Positions 59,205 through 64,000 of a stretch of DNA of 64,000 nucleotides are shown piece after piece; the first letter of the stretch is position 1, and every line of letters begins with the position of its first letter. The position numbers and the translations under genes are program-made. The notes beneath the pieces are model-generated. The model saw nothing but the letters and a program-made list of their open reading frames with translations. It was not told the origin of the DNA and did not search any database. The DNA is from Longimicrobiales bacterium (GTDB lineage Bacteria; Gemmatimonadota; Gemmatimonadetes; Longimicrobiales; Gaopeijiaceae): contig OZ250165.1 of NCBI GenBank assembly GCA_965238005.1, positions 4,064,001 to 4,128,000 of the forward strand. The letters are read 5' to 3'.

Positions 59205-59394
59205 GGCCCCTCCTACAGCCGACGGCCGTACCTGTGACCTAGAGAATTGGCCTCCCGAGGGGGCAACTTTAGTCGGCGAGGGCCTGACCTAATGGGCGAG
59301 GGCCAGACGAACGCTCTCGGAGAGCCGATCTAGCGACAAGGGCTTCGGAAGGAACGGTCGCCAACAGCCCAATAACTTCAAACCGTGTGGACCG

Positions 59395-61443
59395 TCAGGC
59401 AAGCGTGGCCCTGCTGACTTCGGCGAGCATGGAACGCGCCTGGGCCACGACCTCCTTGGACGTCACGCCGAATCGCTCGTACAGGACCTCGGCGGGAGCC
59501 GAGGCGCCGAAGTGGTCGATGCCCACCGCGCCGCCGCCGTCGCCTACCCAGCGAGACCACCCGAACGTCGATCCGGCCTCCACGGCGATGCGAAGGCGCT
59601 GGCTGGGCGGAAGCACCTGGTCCCGGTACTCCTGGTCCTGACCCTCGAAGAGGCGCCAGCTCGGCATGCTCACCACTCGTGTGGGGGTTCCGTCGGCCTC
59701 GAGCTGGCTCCGGGCTTCGAGGGCCGTCCCCACCTCGGAGCCGCTGGCGATGAGGATCACCTCGGCCTCGCCGCCGGTCGCCTCGGCGAGGACGTATGCG
59801 CCCCGGCGGGCTCCCTCGGAAGAGGCCAGCTCGGTCCGATCCAAAGGCGGCACCTTCTGCCTCGTTAGGGCCAGGAAGGTGGGACCGCCGGTGCGCTCCA
59901 CGGCGATGCGCCACGCCACCACCGTCTCCGCCGCGTCGGCGGGCCGGAGATCCACCAGGTTGGGGATTGTCCTGAGGGTCATCATCTGCTCGATGGGCTG
60001 ATGCGTCGGCCCGTCCTCACCCAGCCCGATGGAGTCATGAGTGAACACGTACGTGACCGGAACCCCCATGAGCGCGGCAAGCCGGATCGAGGGCCGCATG
60101 TAGTCGGAGAAGATCAGGAAGGTCCCCGCGAAGGGCCGGATGCCCCCGTGCAGGCCCAGACCGTTCAGGATGCCTCCCATCCCGTGTTCGCGGACACCGA
60201 AGTGGATCACGCGTCCGTCGGGGGCGCCGGCCAGGAGGTCGCCGCCCTCGTCGATGTCCGTCTTGTTCGACGACCCCAGGTCGGCCGAGCCGCCGATGAG
60301 GTTGGGCAGTCCCGCCGCCAACCCCTGGAGGACCTTCCCCGACCAGGACCGGGTTGCGTCGGCCTTGTCCACGTGCTCGTAGTCGGGCAGGTGAGCGTCC
60401 CATCCGGATGGCAGGTCGCCGCGCATCATGCCCAGGTACTCTTCGGCCAGCTCCGGATACGCCTCGCTGTAGGCCTCGAAGCGCTCGTTCCAGGCCGCCT
60501 CGAGCTCGCGGCCCCGCTCCGCCGTCTCCCGCCACGCCGCCAGGGCGTCGGGATCCACGAAGAACGGCTCCTGGGATGGGTAGCCCAGGCTCGTCTTGGT
60601 GGCCGTCACCTCGTCCTCGCCCAAGGGGGCGCCGTGGGCGGAGTGGTGACCGACCTTGTTGGGGCTGCCCTCGGCGATCTGGGTGCGGTTGATGATGAGC
60701 GTGGGGCGCTCCGTCTCCGCCCGGGCTGCCTCAAGGGCCTCGTCGAGGGCCGCGAGATCGGTGCCGTCCTCGACGCGGAGGACGTGCCACTGGTACCCGC
60801 CGAAGCGGTCCCCATGGTCCGTTGACGTGCTCAGATCCGTGCTGCCCTCGATGGTGATCCGGTTGTCGTCGAAGATCCAGATGAGCTTGCCGAGCTTCTG
60901 ATGGCCGGCCAGCTCCGCCACCTCGTGAGAGATGCCCTCCATGAGGTCGCCGTCGGAGCAGAGGGCGTACGTGTAGTGATCCACCACCTCGTGGCCGGAC
61001 CGGTTGAAGCGGGCGGCCAGCCATCGCTCGGCAAGTGCCATGCCCACCGAATTCGCCACGCCCTGACCGAGGGGGCCGGTGGTGGTCTCGACCCCGGGGG
61101 TGTGTCCCACCTCGGGGTGGCCCGGCGTCTTCGATCCCCACTGGCGGAAGTTGACGATCTCGTCCTTGGGGAGATCGTACCCCGTGAGGTGCAGGATCGA
61201 GTAGACGAGCAGGGACGCGTGTCCCACCGAGAGGACGAACCGGTCCCGGTCCAACCACCCGGGGTTCCCCGGGTTGTGCTGCATGTGCTGCGTCCAGAGG
61301 AGGTACCCCAGGGGCGCGAGCGCCATGGGGGTGCCGGGATGTCCACAGCTGGCCTTCTGGACCGCATCCATCGAGAGGACCTTGATCGCGTCGATGCAAA
61401 GGCGGTCCAGCTCCGGGGAGCGACCGGTGGGCGAATCGGCCAT
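59395..61443 (-). CDS. tkt: Transketolase
   Basis: [34 protein letters not shown]. Confidence 0.98.
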   Translation of the reverse strand: MADSPTGRSPELDRLCIDAIKVLSMDAVQKASCGHPGTPMALAPLGYLLWTQHMQHNPGNPGWLDRDRFVLSVGHASLLVYSILHLTGYDLPKDEIVNFRQWGSKTPGHPEVGHTPGVETTTGPLGQGVANSVGMALAERWLAARFNRSGHEVVDHYTYALCSDGDLMEGISHEVAELAGHQKLGKLIWIFDDNRITIEGSTDLSTSTDHGDRFGGYQWHVLRVEDGTDLAALDEALEAARAETERPTLIINRTQIAEGSPNKVGHHSAHGAPLGEDEVTATKTSLGYPSQEPFFVDPDALAAWRETAERGRELEAAWNERFEAYSEAYPELAEEYLGMMRGDLPSGWDAHLPDYEHVDKADATRSWSGKVLQGLAAGLPNLIGGSADLGSSNKTDIDEGGDLLAGAPDGRVIHFGVREHGMGGILNGLGLHGGIRPFAGTFLIFSDYMRPSIRLAALMGVPVTYVFTHDSIGLGEDGPTHQPIEQMMTLRTIPNLVDLRPADAAETVVAWRIAVERTGGPTFLALTRQKVPPLDRTELASSEGARRGAYVLAEATGGEAEVILIASGSEVGTALEARSQLEADGTPTRVVSMPSWRLFEGQDQEYRDQVLPPSQRLRIAVEAGSTFGWSRWVGDGGGAVGIDHFGASAPAEVLYERFGVTSKEVVAQARSMLAEVSRATLA

Positions 61444-63956
61444 CAGGCGCTCTCCACGACGAAGTTGACGAGGCGGTCGGGTACGTATATGACCCGTCTC
61501 ACGGTGGCGTTCTCCAGGTAGCGCGCGACATTCTCGTCCGACCGGGCGAGCTCTTCGGCGGCTTCCTGGTCGATACCTGCCGGACCCCGAACCGTGGCCC
61601 GGAGCTTTCCGTTCACCTGCACCGCAAGCTTCACCGACGTCTCACGGGTCTTGGCCTCGTCGTAGGTGGGCCAGTTGGCCCCGGCGAAGACGCTCTCCTC
61701 GTGTCCCAGGCGCTCCCAAAGCTCCTCGGCCAGGTGCGGTGCGAATGGGGCCACCAGCACGACCAGGGCCTCCACCTCGGCCTTGGCGGCCGCACGCCCC
61801 CCGGTCCGCACCATGTTGAGGTACTCCATCATGGCCGCGATGCACGTGTTGTACCCCAGGTCGGGCAGCTGCTGCGTGACCTGACGGATGGTCTGGTGCA
61901 GCTTCCGCTCCACGTCCGGATCGGCCTCGGCGTCGTTCCCCGCGGCGGCCGTCACCGTCTCGTGCAGGCGATGCAGGAAGCCGTGGGGCCCCTGAATGCC
62001 CTCGTCCTGATAGTCCCCACCCTCTTCGTACGGCCCCAGGAACATGAGGTAGGTGCGGAACGCGTCGGCGCCGTAGCGCTCGATGATCTCGTCCGGCACG
62101 ATGACATTGCCCCTGCTCTTGGACATCTTGGCGCCCTCGCGGATGATCATCCCGTGGGCACGGAAGCGCTTGAAGGGCTCCTCGAACTCCAGGTGGCCCA
62201 GGTCGTGGAGGGCCATCGTGATGAAGCGCGCGTACAGCAGGTGCAGGACCGCGTGCTCGTTGCCTCCGATGTAGGAGTCCACCGGCAGCCAGCGCCGCGT
62301 GATATCCGCGTCGAAGGGGATGTCGTCGAACTCCGTGGACGGGTAGCGCAGGAAGTACCAGGAGCTGTCCAGGAAGGTGTCCGACACGTCCGTCTCGCGG
62401 CGGGCTTGGCCTCCGCATTCCGGACAGTCGATACGGTACCAATCCGCCACCCGGGCGAGGGGGCTCACGCCGGAATCGTCGGGCTTGAAGTCCTCCAGCC
62501 TGGGGAGCACCACTGGCAGGTCCGACTCCGGGACGGCGACCGGGCCACACGCCTCGCAGTGAATGATGGGGATGGGCGGGCCCCAGTACCGCTGCCGGGA
62601 TATGCACCAGTCGTGCAGCCGGTAGCTCACCTTCGTCTCGGCCATATCCCGCTCGGCGAGCCAGCTTGTGATGGCCTGCTTGCTCTCGGAGACCGGCACG
62701 CCGTCGAACTGACTGGAGTTGACCATCACCCCGTCGCCCAGGTACGCCTCGGCCAGGGGGGTGTCGGCGTCCTGGCCAGGGCCCGCGACGACGCGCACGG
62801 TGGGCAGGTCCATGGCCTCGGCGAAGTCGAAGTCCCGCTGATCGTGGCCCGGCACGGCCATGATCGCCCCCGTCCCGTACTCCATGAGTATGTAGTCGGC
62901 GACCCAGACGGGGATGGGCTGTCCGGTGGCGGGGTTCAGGCAGTGCCCGCCGGTGAACACGCCGGTCTTGTCCCTTTCTACCTTCTGACGGGCGACCAGA
63001 TCCTTGGCCGTCGCCTCTTCGCGATAGGCCGCCACGGCCTCGGTCTGCTCGTCACCCGTCACGTCGTCGACCAGGGGGTGCTCCGGGGACAGCACCATGT
63101 ACGTGGCCCCGAAGACCGTGTCCGGCCGGGTGGTGAAGACGTCGATTGGCGCGCCGTCGACGGCAGGGGCGGAGGCGTCCACAGTCGGTTGATCGGAGTC
63201 GGGTCCGGCCACCCCCTCGGGGGGCAGGATGGGGAAGCGCAGGACGGCTCCCTCGCTCCGGCCGATCCAGTTGTGCTGGGCCTTCTTCGTCGTCTCGGAC
63301 CAATCGATGTCCTCCAGGTGGCCCAGCAGCCGATCCACGTACTCCGTGATCTTGAAGAACCACTGGGCGATGCGCCGCTGCTCGACGGGGGTGGCACACC
63401 GCTCGCAGCGTCCCGAGACGACCTGTTCGTTGGCCAGCACCGTCATGCACGAGGGACACCAGTTGACCGGCGCTTCCTTGCGCTCGGCCAGACCCGCCTT
63501 GAAAAGCCGGACGAAGATCCACTGGGTCCAGCGGTAGTAGGCCGGATCGGTGGTGTCGACGGTGTGGTTCCAGTCGAACATCCCGCCGACGCGTCGCAGC
63601 TGCCTCGTGAAGTTGGCGACGTTCCTGGGGATGAGGTCCATCGGATTGACGCCCTGCTTGAGGGCGAAGTTCTCCGAGTGGATGCCGAAGGCGTCGAATC
63701 CGATGGGCTCGAAGACGCACTTTCCGGTGAGCCGCTGGAAGCGCCCGTGCACGTCCGCGCCGGTGAACGCGTAGATGTTGCCCACATGCAGCCCCTCGGC
63801 GGAGGGGTAGGGGAACATCATCAACTGGTAGTAGTGGTCCTCGGTGGTCTGGAGGGCCTCCTGGGTGAAGCTGTTCGTGCCTAGCCTCTCCCACGTGTCC
63901 TGCCACTTGGCCTCTACTTCGGACGGCGCATAGCCGCCGTTTCCATCGCTGCTCAT
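61443..63956 (-). CDS. leuS: Leucine--tRNA ligase
   Basis: [38 protein letters not shown]. Confidence 0.98.
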   Translation of the reverse strand: MSSDGNGGYAPSEVEAKWQDTWERLGTNSFTQEALQTTEDHYYQLMMFPYPSAEGLHVGNIYAFTGADVHGRFQRLTGKCVFEPIGFDAFGIHSENFALKQGVNPMDLIPRNVANFTRQLRRVGGMFDWNHTVDTTDPAYYRWTQWIFVRLFKAGLAERKEAPVNWCPSCMTVLANEQVVSGRCERCATPVEQRRIAQWFFKITEYVDRLLGHLEDIDWSETTKKAQHNWIGRSEGAVLRFPILPPEGVAGPDSDQPTVDASAPAVDGAPIDVFTTRPDTVFGATYMVLSPEHPLVDDVTGDEQTEAVAAYREEATAKDLVARQKVERDKTGVFTGGHCLNPATGQPIPVWVADYILMEYGTGAIMAVPGHDQRDFDFAEAMDLPTVRVVAGPGQDADTPLAEAYLGDGVMVNSSQFDGVPVSESKQAITSWLAERDMAETKVSYRLHDWCISRQRYWGPPIPIIHCEACGPVAVPESDLPVVLPRLEDFKPDDSGVSPLARVADWYRIDCPECGGQARRETDVSDTFLDSSWYFLRYPSTEFDDIPFDADITRRWLPVDSYIGGNEHAVLHLLYARFITMALHDLGHLEFEEPFKRFRAHGMIIREGAKMSKSRGNVIVPDEIIERYGADAFRTYLMFLGPYEEGGDYQDEGIQGPHGFLHRLHETVTAAAGNDAEADPDVERKLHQTIRQVTQQLPDLGYNTCIAAMMEYLNMVRTGGRAAAKAEVEALVVLVAPFAPHLAEELWERLGHEESVFAGANWPTYDEAKTRETSVKLAVQVNGKLRATVRGPAGIDQEAAEELARSDENVARYLENATVRRVIYVPDRLVNFVVESA

Positions 63957-64000
63957 CTATGCTTGCTGGGGCGTCGTGCCGGGTGGGAATGCCGAAAAAT

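Noticed and set aside
61701..63884. Long antisense ORFs (for example 727 aa opposite leuS, 508 aa opposite msbA, 529 aa at 37245..38834, 461 aa opposite the transposase)
   Set aside because: Shadow ORFs expected from high-GC codon bias; each overlaps a well-supported gene
1..64000. CRISPR array, tRNA or rRNA genes
   Set aside because: No regularly spaced repeats, cloverleaf or rRNA signatures were seen by eye

Overview
High-GC, gene-dense bacterial chromosome segment. The gene set (PorX-like RR-PglZ, DUF3108, CBM9/DUF5916, cyclase-TolB-TPR, LPS genes) suggests a diderm, plausibly Gemmatimonadota; this is inference only. Core genes include LPS inner-core and lipid A genes (GT9-kdkA-GT9; msbA-lpxL-GT2-DUF3108-methyltransferase), hemQ/chdC-ctaB, serA with a class V aminotransferase, typA, a deoxyhypusine-synthase-like gene, apaG, a DtxR regulator, a cNMP-GGDEF, a DEAD-box helicase, HU, infA, two cyclophilins, ferritin, tkt and leuS. 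Mobile DNA: one intact IS1182-family element (17-bp TIRs, CTAG target duplication) splitting a K+ channel gene, and two copies of a CTAG-bounded MITE-like structured repeat. Many short intergenic stretches are internally deleted gene remnants (reductive dehalogenase, D-aminoacylase, GT4, EEP phosphodiesterase, GspE/PilB and others). Best leads: (1) an intact but catalytically degenerate DEAD-box pseudo-helicase with a DbpA-type RNA-binding domain, coupled to an unknown small protein and next to a Cys-less DsbA-like gene; (2) a promoter-driven leader with competing terminator/antiterminator folds upstream of an unknown Cys/His protein; (3) a GGA-rich candidate sRNA; (4) a class III cyclase with non-canonical specificity residues. 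No rRNA, tRNA or CRISPR array was seen. Family calls come from motif recognition by eye, not database searches.
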